Shown piece after piece: positions 1-11,877 of a DNA stretch of 44,174 nt; positions within the stretch are counted from its first letter, which is position 1, and each line of letters opens with the position of its first letter. Origin of the DNA: Octopus bimaculoides (taxonomy: Eukaryota). The position numbers and the translations under genes are program-made. Location of the stretch: contig NC_068985.1 in the NCBI RefSeq assembly GCF_001194135.2, forward strand, positions 116,222,118 through 116,266,291. Reading direction: 5' to 3'. Under the pieces are notes generated by a model. It was not told where the DNA came from. It worked only from the letters and a program-made list of their open reading frames with translations, and made no database searches.

Positions 1-20
1 GGGGTGGAAAAAGACAAGAC

Positions 21-80
21 GAAGAAGAAGAAGAAGAAGAAGAAGAAGAAGAAGAAGAAGAAGAAGAAGAAGAAGAAGAA
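21..80. repeat. (GAA)n microsatellite
   Basis: Perfect GAA run read directly. Confidence 0.97.
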
Positions 81-240
81 GAGGGATAAGAAGAATGAAA
101 GAATGAAAGAAAACTGAATGATAGGTAAATAAGACAAAGGGCAAAGAAAGACGTGAATGAAGAACGGAAAAAGAAATAAAAGTAAAGGGTAAGAGACATA
201 TAGCGTGTGATATGAAGCCAGTGTTGTCGTATGGTTTCGT

Positions 241-476
241 TTTCTAACAGGAAATATTGGCACAAGGCCAGCAATTTCGTCCAAAGGAGTTAAGTTGATT
301 ACATCGACGCCATTGATCATATGGCACTTATTTTATCGACTCTGAAATAGATGAAAGGCAAAATCGACCCCCCGGCGGATTTTAACACAGAACGGATTTG
401 AACACGGATGAAATACCACTAAGCAATTTACGTGGCGCGACAACGACTCTTACGATTCTACCATCTCATAGTCCTC
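241..476 (-). mobile_element. tRNA-derived SINE, family A (diverged copy)
   Basis: Reverse complement matches other copies in the window (e.g. 43023-43241): head, B-box-like segment, gtcga-tttgcctttcatc body, ggccttgtgcc tail. Confidence 0.8.
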
Positions 477-629
477 TAAAAAGCAATATCAAAATAGAGA
501 TTGCAAAGATGCAATGATAACATGATATGGTTTACAGGGACGGATAGTTAATTGTTTGGTACGGGCCTTTAGGTGAAGCCGCTTATCCGAAACTGTAACC
601 TAAAAAGAGCACCGGAATCACATAAGTTT

Positions 630-790
630 TGTAGAATCTGAAGGTGAATGAAAGTTGCCAGATAAACCTAGTTATTAGTTATGTGCCGTAGGAATATTTT
701 CTGTTTTTATTGTATGTAGAAGATTGAGTGCGGATTTTCGTCAGTGCACTCTTCTAGGGCACTGGAGATCTTAGGAATATCTATTTGATA
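630..790 (+). mobile_element. Possible C-terminal remnant of an R4/Dong-like non-LTR retrotransposon ORF
   Basis: With frameshifts reads ...LVIS-CAVGI...KIECG...RQCTLLG-TG-(I)LRNI, resembling the VIGALG...LQK.CLLGT.RILR.V end of RLE-type elements; compare 20643-20780. Confidence 0.35.
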
Positions 791-968
791 GCAGGGACTA
801 TGATACAGAGAAGGTGTGTTGAAATCAAATGTTACAATCAGCGTAGTACAAGGCCTAAACTGTGAACTATGCGTACGTATATGTTATGTATATATGTATG
901 GATTCATATCTATGTATGTATGTAGAAATATCTTACTTGGAAGAGGATGCGTGGCGTTNNNNNNNNNN

Positions 969-1008
<40 letters not shown>

Positions 1009-1764
1009 TATTTAAATATCTACCAAATATTTTGGTAAGATAAGTATTGTATTGTAACTGTTACCAAAGTAGCAAAGTTATCACTTGAAAAGTTGTTTAT
1101 ACTTTGTTTCAATATAATGACTTTCGTATAGGTGATACAATTTTGGCTGCATATCAATTGAAATAAGAGCCATGACACAATCCTATATATTAATAAAACG
1201 TGTTTATTATCCTATGCGCATTTCGATACAAGATCCCGACTTACACTTGTCTGAGATAAGAAATTAGGGCCTTGCATCTCTTCATGGCCAAGTTACATTA
1301 ACTCACAACAGACAACATTATTGTTTGTACATAAATTACATGTATATAGAGAGGTTCTAATCAGTTTGTTTGGACATGAACATATTGAAACTGCTTGCAA
1401 TATCGGTTAAGAAAACCATTATATATTAGAGTAACTAAGTACAATTGTTAACCTAGGATATTAAGTGACGGCATGCTTACGACGCTGTTTCATCAAATAA
1501 GAAAACCGTTAGGGGTTTGAGAAGAAAAGAAATGAAAAGAAGAATTGGCTATTATAGATCTTGCCGAAATACAAATCAATGGTCAAAGGGAGGTAAGTCT
1601 AGCAAAATGAGGTTTGTGATCTTCATAATTTACATCATTGTGATTAACCCTATCACATAATTATATATATATATTATATTATATATTATTNNNNNNNNNN
1701 NNNNNNNNNNNNNNNNNNNNNNNNNNNNNNNNNNNNNNNNNNNNNNNNNNTATATATATATGCT

Positions 1765-2090
1765 GAGACCCCTTCGGTCATGACTGACCATGGGATTGCA
1801 CCTAGAAAGTTACCCTCCGAGGCACAAGTGCGGGCAAGGTTGTTTATGGGAGACCAACAGTCACCCATGCATACCGACCGCCCCTCTCCACGCCACCAGT
1901 GTTATCCAAGGGAAAGACAAAGGGGCCGATACAGCTTGGCACTTGTGACGTCGCAACTCATTTCTACAGCTTCGTTAACTGGAGCAACATTAAATAAAAC
2001 GTCTCACACAAGAACAGAACACAGTCCGGTCCGATCCCGGAATCGAACTCACAACCTCACGTTTGTAAGCCTCATGCTCAATCCACTGTG
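1765..2090 (-). mobile_element. tRNA-derived SINE, family C
   Basis: Minus strand has A-box-like cagtggattgagc, B-box gagttcgattcc, central atgttgctccagtt...agctg..aaatgag domain shared with 42691-43006, and a distinct tail ending catgaccgaaggggtctc before (TA)n. Confidence 0.8.
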
Positions 2091-2622
2091 AATACATGTA
2101 TATGTATGTATGTACATATATGCGTGTGTGTGTGATATATATAAATATTAAATCATGTATTATATATATATATTATATTATATATTATTATTATTTACTA
2201 TTTATTGTTTAATTGTACGCGACGCACCCATACACTTGCTTATATATATGAAAGATGTGCATCTGACTGGACAAGATATCATGAGCGTTCCCAGTTGTGC
2301 TGAAGATAAAACGTAAACAAATGATGTAATGTTGATCAAATCCCGTCGTTTTTGTCGTGTTTAGATTTCTCTTTGATTCTCAGTAACTATTTCAACAACA
2401 GCCACTTGCTTTCGTCTGATGCATCGCTCACAGAGTGAGGGACATATTTTGCTTCACTGAGAAATATGTTTTGTTTATGTAAATCTGAATTTTTTTATAT
2501 TGGGTAGATCAAAGATAATTTACGGCAATACAGACTATATCCAATTTTGAAACAGCTTTGAGAACCCGTAAAAAGATGGCATTTCCAGTCAAAGGTATCT
2601 ACTCGATATTCCGATGATATCG

Positions 2623-2623
<1 letters not shown>

Positions 2624-2686
<63 letters not shown>
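2624..2686. repeat. (CAA)n-(ATA)n compound microsatellite
   Basis: Direct reading. Confidence 0.95.
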
Positions 2687-2692
2687 CTTTTC

Positions 2693-2835
2693 TACTAGAG
2701 GCACGAGGCCTGAAGTTTTGAGCGGTGGGGTAAGTCTATCACATCGATCCCAGGACTCACGTCGTGTTTATTTGATTGACCCCGAAAGCATGAAAGGCGA
2801 AGGTTGACTTAGGCAGAATTTGAACTCAGAACAAG
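2693..2835 (-). mobile_element. SINE family A, 5'-truncated
   Basis: RC contains gagttcaaattctgcctaagtcaaccttcgcctttcatgctttcggggtcaat and tail ggcctcgtgcctctagtag. Confidence 0.8.
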
Positions 2836-3393
2836 AAGATAGTCGATACGCTTCTAAGCAAGATCATTTTCATCATTATCATCGTAATATCATCCATGTC
2901 ATCATCATAGTCAACGTCTTCTTCCATCGTTTCACTTCCTCCGCCTCCGCCTCCTCATCATCATCATCACATCATCATCACCATTATCACAATCATCATG
3001 AACATCAACAACTTTTTTCTTTTCTCCTCCCCTTCTCCCCTTCCCTCTTTTCGTCTTCCTCTGTTTTCATTATCATAAATATCTCTTTAGCAATTAATGC
3101 TCATCAAGTTTACAAACGTTTACTCGGTTAATTAGCATATTTACATTATTCTTCATTACATACGTTGTATCTCGCATCTGATTGCCATCGAACTTACATC
3201 CTTTGCCGATGTTAAATACCGGATATCTATGTAAAATGTTTAATGCATTTCTGCGTGTTAACTCTTTAATTTCAAACACCGAGATTGAATGAAATAGAAA
3301 GAAGTCTTATTTCGGTTAAAACACTGTATACACCATTGCAACATCTCTTTTGTATTGCTTTCTACTTTCTATTCTTTCTTTTTCTTCTCTCGC

Positions 3394-3434
<41 letters not shown>

Positions 3435-3800
3435 CAATATAATATAATATACATGATTCGTCAGCAAATCATAGTCCTAGAGTATCGTTACTTTTCCATC
3501 CGCCTACATAACTTTACTTGGTACATGCTCATACCAGTTCTCTGTTACTTTGTATTGGTATTTACGGCATAAGAGCCAATGAAGATACACACACAATTTA
3601 TTGTAGCGGCGCTTGTATTCTTTTTGTGCAAAGCTCTCACATCTACTTTCCAAGTGGGTCACATTGTCCATACTTTTTCCATGTCAGAAGTTTCATAGAT
3701 GTTATATTTCACTTAATTGGTAGCGAGAGCCTGGTCTTGTGCAGCAATGATCAGGCTTCCGTGGGTACGCTTCAATCACCTAACCCATTATTATCTGTTT

Positions 3801-3986
<186 letters not shown>

Positions 3987-4261
3987 GAGATCTAGGTTAG
4001 GAAATGACACCTTTAGACAAAACAAAAATGGAGTAATGGGGACAAAGCAATGTGAGATGTATTAAACAATAAACTCGATATATTATAACGTCATCTTGGC
4101 AATTTTTAGGACCCTCAAATTTTCAAATTAAAAAAAAAATATTTATTTCTAGACAAAACGTGTATCTAATGAAAATCCGAGTAACACTCCAAGAATTATC
4201 AGAATTCTAGGAGCGTATGATGTATATATACATATATTTATAAACATAGACATAGTATTAG

Positions 4262-4340
<79 letters not shown>
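4262..4340. repeat. (GATA)n microsatellite
   Basis: Direct reading. Confidence 0.97.
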
Positions 4341-4341
<1 letters not shown>

Positions 4342-5141
4342 CAGATAAATAGATTAGGTGATCGATTGATTGATTGACAGGGACTTCCATAGGACACAGA
4401 TCTACAAAACCACAATATTTCTACTAACTATCAAACAAGAGGTTCATGTCAAAGTTCATTGATACTTTTATAAAATTGATATATTTATTTTGAATAACAT
4501 GTCATAACAGCGATATCACCAGACACGTTATAGCCGCCATTACTTGGTTTCGTCCATTCAAACAAGCACAAAACACGCACAGCATTTTACACACACACAG
4601 TCTCTTATATACACACACAGAGGCACACGCAAATATATACTTACACCTGTATTATATTTACTCTTATTAAAAATACATATATTCTTATATACGCACCTAT
4701 ATATATATATATATATATATATACGTGCATATACATACATACATACATATATATATACACACATATGTATGCGTATATATATATATAAATATATACATAC
4801 GCATATATATGCGTATATATTTATATGAATATATATGTGCGTCACTATATACTTATATACACTATGCATACATAAGTACATGCATGTATATACATATATA
4901 TGTAAATATATATATATATATCTATCTATCTATCTATATATATATATATNNNNNNNNNNNNNNNNNNNNNNNNNNNNNNNNNNNNNNNNNNNNNNNNNNN
5001 NNNNNNNNNNNNNNNNNNNNNNNNNNNNNNNNNNNNNNNNNNNNNNNNNNNNNNNNNNNNNNNNNNNNNNNNNNNNNNNNNNNNNNNNNNNNNNNNNNNN
5101 NNNNNNNNNNNNNNNNNNNNNNNNNNNNNNNNNNNNNNNNN

Positions 5142-5203
<62 letters not shown>

Positions 5204-5769
5204 CATTAAAAGGCGTTCAAAAACTAACCTGTGATAAAAAACATTGAAAATAGTATGAAATGCATTCAAATTCTATTCATGATTCAGTTATGTCTTTTTT
5301 TTAATATTTCCTAGTTTCGAAATGTTAAATTTCCTTTTTTCGTATCTGTCTTGCTTTCCACCTTTCTTCACCTTTTAACTGCCATGACAGATCACTGCCC
5401 ATTCTCTTGCTACGACCCATTCTCTCTTTCAAACTATTTTTGTCTTGTCTTCTCCATCCAATAAAATATTGTCTTGAACTACTGACTCTACATTTTCACA
5501 TGACGTAAAACCTTCACTAAAATTTACATCCAAACGTTATTATTCGTCAAATTCCTTTGTGGACCTACCAAGAAAGGCCACTTGATATTTCTTTCAGGTT
5601 AGACTTGGAGGTATACTTCAACATATTCATTTTACTTATGTTTTTTCTTTATGTGGGGAGGGTAATTCTCTCAAAAATAAATAAATGAGTTGGTTCTACT
5701 CATTTTTAAAATATATTTGTCAATAAAGGTAGTGACGCGAAAGGATTGTTTTCACGGTAGATGAAATAA

Positions 5770-5945
5770 TTAGAGGCATTTCGTTCAGCATTACGTTCCG
5801 AGTTCAAATGCTGTTGAAGTCGACTTTGCCTTCCGTTTTTCGAGTTCGACACAATAAGCACTAGTAAAGTACAGGGATCAAGGTACTTGACTTCCCCCTC
5901 CCATCAAAAATTCCTGGTCCTGTGCCAAAATAAGAAATCATTATT
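5770..5945 (+). mobile_element. SINE family A, diverged
   Basis: gcatttcgttc...acgttccgagttcaaatgc...gtcgactttgcctt...cctgtgccaaaataagaaatcattatt matches family A copies. Confidence 0.75.
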
Positions 5946-6534
5946 TATTCGTAAATTGCTCACCTATTTCACTAATCAACTAATCAACTGTTTAACTGAT
6001 TTGATTAATTTGATCGGTTGTTTCATTAATCGATCGGTTGTTTCATTAATCGATCGGTCAATCATTCAGTCAGCTACGATTACCAAATACAGGTCAGCTT
6101 AAGGTGTCTCTTAGTTTCTAGTTGTTTATTTACATTATTTTATAGACGGAAATAAGCATGGACATGACAGGTATTGGGACAGATAGAAAGATTGAGGTTT
6201 TTCCACATGACGATTTCTAAATGTTTGTTCGCTCATTCCCGTGTTGTGTCGACACTTCGCGAAATACGATATGATCTGGGAATGTTTCCAAGGAATTGAT
6301 TTTAGGAAAGGAATTTTTGTATGTTAGGTGCACAAAATTGATTTCTAATTACTGTAGAAATTAAGAGAAAGTATTTTCATCTTTTGTATTCACATTTTTT
6401 TTTTTTCTGTTTCCCTTTTATCTTTGACACAGACGAAATTTCGCATGCATAAGATATTTTAGAAAGCATAAAATATGATGTGAAGTATTTAGTGTTTCTT
6501 GTCTATAAAATATATTACACATATTTATATCGCT

Positions 6535-6710
6535 TATACACGATTGACTTCTTTCATTTTCCGTGTATCAGATCCACTCAGAAGGCCTTGGTCGTCCTGA
6601 GATTCAAGTAGAAGACATTTGATCGCGGCGGTACGTAGTTGGGTTGAATCCAGCCACATGTGGTTGGGGAGCAAACGTTTTTACCAAACTGACAATTCAG
6701 CGCCTCCGTG
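6535..6710 (-). mobile_element. SINE family B, head/core part
   Basis: RC aligns to 27193-27360 and 41696-41860 (ggtaa..gcttgct.cccaaccacatg...gtcttctact...gaccaaggcctt.tgagtggat.tg.ta.acggaaa.tgaaagaag). Confidence 0.75.
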
Positions 6711-6711
6711 C

Positions 6712-6764
<53 letters not shown>

Positions 6765-7263
6765 GAACGAGACATGACAAAATTTGTCATCTCTTTTTCT
6801 TATTACCAACTATACGTTCTGAAACATACGTATAATGAGTTCTACACCAGGTCTCACAATTCCTAAGCGGAATATATTTATATATATTAAGTGCATTACT
6901 ATGCATAAATGCCTCACGCTAGGAGGGACTTTTAAAGTCAAAACTACCATAATAAACACATTGTACTGAACGCGAGGGAATGCAACTCTCGAAGCGAGCC
7001 TTTTAAAACCAGTTTCAGCTGCNNNNNNNNNNCACATTGTACTGAACGCGAGGGAATGCAACTCTCGAAGCGAGCCTTTTAAAACCAGTTTCAGCTGCAC
7101 ATCATATGATTTCATAATTAGCGCAGAAAATGCATTTGTAATCGTCAGTGCAAGCATAAATTTTTCCCTTATGAGGTTTTTCACGCTAACTACTTGATAA
7201 ATTCTTATAAAGATGCTATCCTATTTTAAAATCATATATATATATATACATATATACATATAC

Positions 7264-7464
7264 TGTTTTGAGGTTAACAGTAATAATGGTATACCACTCT
7301 CACGTGACGAGTGTTATGTGCTAGTCGCTATAAATAAGGTGAAGTCGGTCAGTATAAAGACAAAGTATGAAGTAAACGATCATAGATAGTCGTGGTCTTA
7401 CTTGTCTTACTATACTGCTATACCAGAGTGAGAGTTACTAGAATCCGACTTAAAGATTATAACA
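7264..7464 (+). repeat. 5' LTR
   Basis: About 80% identical to 10801-11006 by manual alignment; contains TATAAATA; followed by PBS. Confidence 0.92.
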
Positions 7465-7465
7465 G

Positions 7466-7475
7466 TGGTGACGAG
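7466..7475 (+). promoter_or_regulatory. Primer-binding site, probably tRNA-Ser(GCU)
   Basis: TGGTGACGAG immediately after the LTR; one C>T from TGGCGACGAG, the complement of the tRNA-Ser(GCU) 3' end CUCGUCGCCA. Confidence 0.7.
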
Positions 7476-7554
7476 AAATTAACAAACTCACGAGGAATTA
7501 ACAAACTCACAAGAGTTCTATTTGTGCGAATTTTACGGAAAAAATAGTAGCACA

Positions 7555-8625
7555 ATGGAAAAATTGATGCCCGGTGTGCACGAGTTTCAAAACAGCAACA
7601 ACAGCAACTTGAAGAACAAGGGCAGCAGCAGCTACAACTGCGAGGACGACGGCATAAACAACAACAGTGACAACAACAGCTGAAAGTACAACCACAGCAG
7701 CAACTACAATTGCAAGAACAGCAGCAGAAACAACAACAACGACAACAGTAGCAACAACAAAAGCTGCAGCTACAACTGCAAGAACAATAGCAGAAGCAAC
7801 AACAACAACAATTACTATTTCAGCAACAAATGCTACAATTAATGAAAAGTAAGTCGTCAGGAAACGCTGAATAAATGTTTGCGCCAGATTATTTTGCGAA
7901 CAGAGTTTAAGTACGAAAACTAGACAAAAGAGTTACCGTAGAGGCTCATTATAGAAGATGCGAACAAATCTACCATAAAGTGTGCTACGATTTGGACAAT
8001 GATATGAAAACGCGCGTAATCAAAAGAAAACTGGCAGCAGGACATGAGAATTACAGCAATAACGTACTCCCGAGAAAATCTTGTCATAAGCTTTAAAGTT
8101 ACAATAGACATATTGTGTATTACTTTTAGTGAGACATGCTCGTTGTTCAATACATGTTGGAAATGTTTGAACCTAGTAAAGAACAACGAGGAAGACTACA
8201 TCACATATGCTGGTAGACTTAACAGGGAATGTAAAAAGTTCAAGCTGGACGATTTAACGCCAGATATGTTCAAATACCTGATATATACTCAGGGACTAAG
8301 AGAAAGACGCAGCAGTAAGAACAAAAATTCTTGCTAAGATGGAACAAAATCAAGCTGTAAACTACAAGTGTCAGTAGAGCGTGAAGGAATAGTAAATTTA
8401 AGACAGGATACAGAGAAAATTGCATACAATGATTACTCCCAACTGAAATAAGTGCGAAACAGACAGAATAGAAATCAAGTGTGTGCTAAAATACAGCACA
8501 AACAGGACAAGAATCATTAACAAAACCCATATTTTGCATGTGGAGGTCTACATCTGAGGAAAAAATTGTCCATTTAAGAAAGCAGAATGCTTCTGTTATG
8601 AAAAAATGGAGACAAAAGCTCAATT
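7555..8625 (+). pseudogene. gag remnant with Gln-rich N-terminus and double Zn knuckle
   Basis: Poly-Q-rich stretch 7585-7830; SLFNTCWKCLNLVKNNEEDYITYAGRLNRECKKFKLDDLTPDMFKYLIYTQGL (8044 ORF); YFACGGLHLRKNCPFKKAECFCY at 8524-8600 resembles the Mag-type Cx2Cx3Hx4C-x5-Cx2C knuckles; stops and frameshifts. Confidence 0.88.
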
Positions 8626-8709
8626 TAAAACCAAGATGACAAGACGTTGGGACAAAGAAAAAAGAATAAACAGTATGCCGACGAAAGAAAATAGTAATAT
8701 ACAGAGAAA

Positions 8710-8990
8710 AATTCGTAAATGTTAAAATTAAAAATATAAGAGTAAAAATGCACATAGACACTCGACGTGATATTACCATTGTAAACTAAAAAACTTGGAA
8801 ATATATCGGTAAGCCGAAATTAAGTAAATCTACAAAAGTAGCACATGATGTTACGGGTAAAAGATTGTATTTTGTCTGTGAATTTGTGTGTAATGTAACA
8901 ATTCATGACCAAATAAAAACGGTAAAAATATATGTGCTAAAATAATTCAATTATCTATTCGGCACAGAGTAGTTGGAAATATTCAAATTA
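8710..8990 (+). pseudogene. Retroviral-type aspartic protease remnant
   Basis: KFVNVKIKNIRVKMHIDTRRDITIVN*KTWKYIGKPKL; D-T-R at 8757-8765 is the mutated DTG motif. Confidence 0.85.
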
Positions 8991-8994
8991 TAGA

Positions 8995-9660
8995 AAACGC
9001 ATTTTGATCCAACATTGCATAATATATTGATACAGATGCGAGTGATTACGGTATAGGAGCCGTGCATCTGCACAGATATGACGATGAGAGTAAAATAAAA
9101 ATAGTACATGCCTTACAATCGTTATTACCAGCTGAAAGGAACTATAGTCAGATAGAAAAGGAAGCGTTAGCAATGATATTCAGTGTGTAAATATCCCATA
9201 AGTTCCTTCATGTAAGACGTTTCTGTCTACAAATAGATCATGGGCCACTACTGTCAATACACGGTTCTAACACACACAGCAATTATCCGTAAAACTACAT
9301 ATAGCTATGAATATTGAGTCTGCCTATCAAAGTCTAAGAGACTTTTGTGAGATTGTCTACTTAAGTGTGTTAGTGTAAGAGTATATATACATTTTAATGT
9401 ATGTGTATGCATGTATGTCACTCAGTCAGTGTGTGAAACAACATACGAATGGTAAAGAAACCGTTTGTAGTTTCTTAATAAAATTTCATTAAAAGCGATA
9501 GGACACTACATTATTGAATTATGACTACAAACTGGAATATATACCGTCAAAAAAAAAACAAAACTAGGACATGCTGATGGTTTGAAAGACTGATACCGAA
9601 GTACTGTGAGCAATTCGAAGATACGGTAATCGCAGCTTGAAGAGCAGAAGGTGAATTAAA
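8995..9660 (+). pseudogene. RNase H remnant interrupted by ~200-bp insertion
   Basis: HFDP...[10 protein letters not shown]...[19 protein letters not shown]...DHGPLLSIHGS...THTA [insertion ~9285-9488] TLLNYDYKLEYIPSKK..LGHADGL. Confidence 0.92.
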
Positions 9661-9749
9661 AAATATAGTGTGGAATGTGGTACGCGAAACGAAACCAAGA
9701 CGTGAATTTATGCTCAATTTGTAATGACGTACTGATGCATGCACAGAGA

Positions 9750-10430
9750 GTAGTGATACCTGAAGCACTACAAAATAAAATGTTGAGGTAATTTCATATC
9801 GGACATTCTGGTATGTCGAGGATGAAAGCTTTGATGCATAGCTACGTATACTGGCCAAACGTAGACACAGAAATCGGAAATTTAGTGAAAAGCTGTAGAG
9901 GATGTGCTATAGCAGCAAAATTACCGACGATAAAAATGAACCTTGGTCAAAAGTAGAAGTTCCATGGTCGAGAGTGCAGATCGATTTCGCTGGTCCCTTA
10001 AATGGTTCATACTGCTTAATGGTAGTTGATAGTTTCTGTAAATGTCCAGAAATTTGTAAGTGTAAAAAACAACCTCCTCAACATTGACACATTTTTTTTA
10101 CATGAGTTGTTTGCAAGATTTAACATTCCAGACGCGACAGTGTCTGACAATGGAACGCAATTTGTATTTTTTGAATTTAAAAAGGTCTGAAAAAAATTCA
10201 CTGTAGAACATGTAACTACGACGCAATACCATTCCAGATGTAACGGACAAGCAGACATCGATTTGTCGATACGTTGAAAAGAACCCTAAAAAAGTCAAAT
10301 AAGGAAGTCACGGATGAGGTAGCTCTACAGCAATTCTTAAGAGTATAACATGTGATACCAAATCCAAGTACACCAGCTGGTATGTCGCCAGCGGATCTGA
10401 TATTTGCGAGGAAAATAAAATAACGCATAA
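9750..10430 (+). pseudogene. Integrase remnant (HHCC + DDE core)
   Basis: FHIGHSGMSRMKALMHSYVYWPNVDTEIGNLVKSCRGC; PWSRVQIDFAGPLNGSYCLMVVDSF; VSDNGTQF; CNGQA.RFVDTLKRTLKK; MSPADLIFARKIK. Confidence 0.93.
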
Positions 10431-10800
10431 GGAAAATGCTGCACTTGGTAAAAAGTAGAAAAGGCATGTAGAAGAAACACATGAAATATTTGAAAAAAAG
10501 ATTCACTGAGAGCGAACTCAAGGGAATAAAAGAACCAATGGAATGGTTATATGATACATTTTAAGTATCAATGCCACTACAGATGATTGAACCTAGGCGC
10601 ACAAGCGTAAAAAAGAAAATGTACGGAGTTCCTGGAAGTGGATGCCAAACGGAAAAATATCAAATGTGTGACTAAGAAAGAAAAAATTCAAAGAGATGGG
10701 TGGGGAGATAAAAAAGTATTGCCATTAAAAGAAATTAAATGACACTCCATAAAGAAATAGAATAAACTGAAAACATAAGAAATTATATTAAAATGGGTGA

Positions 10801-11006
10801 TGTTGTGAGTATAATATTAAGAATGGCATACCCCTCCTACGTGACGAGCGGTATGTGCTAGTCGCTATAAATAAAGCGATGTCGGTCAGTATAAGCAGAG
10901 AGTACGAAGTAGACAGCCATAGATAGTCGTGGTATTACTTGTCTTACTAACCATACCCCTAAACCAGAGTCGGCGTTATAACAATCCGACATTAAGATTA
11001 CAACCA
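10801..11006 (+). repeat. 3' LTR
   Basis: Begins TGTTG after purine tract; aligns to 7264-7464; followed by TA/TG microsatellite. Confidence 0.92.
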
Positions 11007-11207
11007 TATATGTGTGTGTGTGTATGTATATATATAAATACAAGTATGTATATATGTATATATATATATATATNNNNNNNNNNNNNNNNNNNNNNNNNNN
11101 NNNNNNNNNNNNNNNNNNNNNNNNNNNNNNNNNNNNNNNNNNNNNNNNNNNNNNNNNNNNNNNNNNNNNNNNNNNNNNNNNNNNNNNNNNNNNNNNNNTA
11201 TATATAT

Positions 11208-11360
11208 GGGAGAATATACAAATAATAACAACAGACGAGGACAGGTGGTGTAAATAACAAAAGTATATATTAGTATGACGCTCGGGAATACGGAAAGTCT
11301 TTGACGTTTCGAGCTACGCTCTTCAACAGAAAGAATACGGAGACAAGGAGAAAAACACGG
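11208..11360 (-). mobile_element. ~155-bp TA-flanked element with hammerhead-like motif (Penelope-LTR-like)
   Basis: RC aligns end to end with 43725-43887; (TA)n on both sides. Confidence 0.8.
11298..11334 (-). ncRNA. Variant minimal type I hammerhead ribozyme (candidate)
   Basis: 5'-UCUUU CUGUUGA A GAGC-GUA-GCUC GAAA CGUC/AAAGA-3': 5-bp stem I, 4-bp stem II, palindromic ACGU stem III, GUC triplet; deviates from CUGANGA (A6>U, extra A). Confidence 0.55.
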
Positions 11361-11877
11361 ATATATATATATATATATGCATGTGTGTGTGTGTACAGGG
11401 AGAGAGAGAGTTCATCGGATTCTAGTAAATTGTCTGGTATTACACCTTTCCATTTGGTCATCACAATCTTCCATCGTTTCCGAAAATAGTTATCGAATGA
11501 ACCGTACTAACCAATATACCCGTCCGGATATTTAGGTAGTCGTAATTTCGAGTTATTGAAGTTTCTGAATATTAAGTTTTATGCAAGTGAACCAGATTTA
11601 TTTCATTTCTGCATAATTTACTTTACAAAGAATCTACACAATGTTGATTACCGTTGTACATTCTTTCAGAATCCAAGACTATCTCGTTAGATAGTCTTTC
11701 GCATAACATTTATTTATAGAAGTAGTAGCATGGTTGAATTTCATTTATTTAAATTCACCAAGAATCATACCCACAAAATGTTTGCGTTTAACGTTCATGT
11801 TCGATGGCTGGGCTCCCGCTCCCCTCTTGCTGACAATCACATCAGATTGGGGTGACCGACTAATAGTATAACTTTAC

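Larger units (their letters stand above)
7264..11006 (+). mobile_element. Decayed Ty3/Gypsy LTR retrotransposon (Mag-like), RT deleted
   Basis: Two ~200-bp LTRs (7264-7464, 10801-11006; TGTT...AAC(C)A ends); PBS TGGTGACGAG at 7466; purine tract atgggtga before 3' LTR; gag, PR, RH and IN remnants in order; possible TSD tatac/tatat. Confidence 0.93.

Noticed and set aside
6012-6055. 20-bp tandem duplication gatcggttgtttcattaatc x2
   Set aside because: Only two adjacent units with no spacers; ordinary slippage, not CRISPR-like.
6572-6630. Plus-strand apparent exon with AG and GTACGT sites
   Set aside because: All frames close, and the region is the reverse complement of a family B SINE.
6958-7098. 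Exact 65-bp direct repeat flanking a 10-N gap
   Set aside because: Identical copies on either side of a placeholder gap indicate unmerged contig overlap, an assembly artefact.
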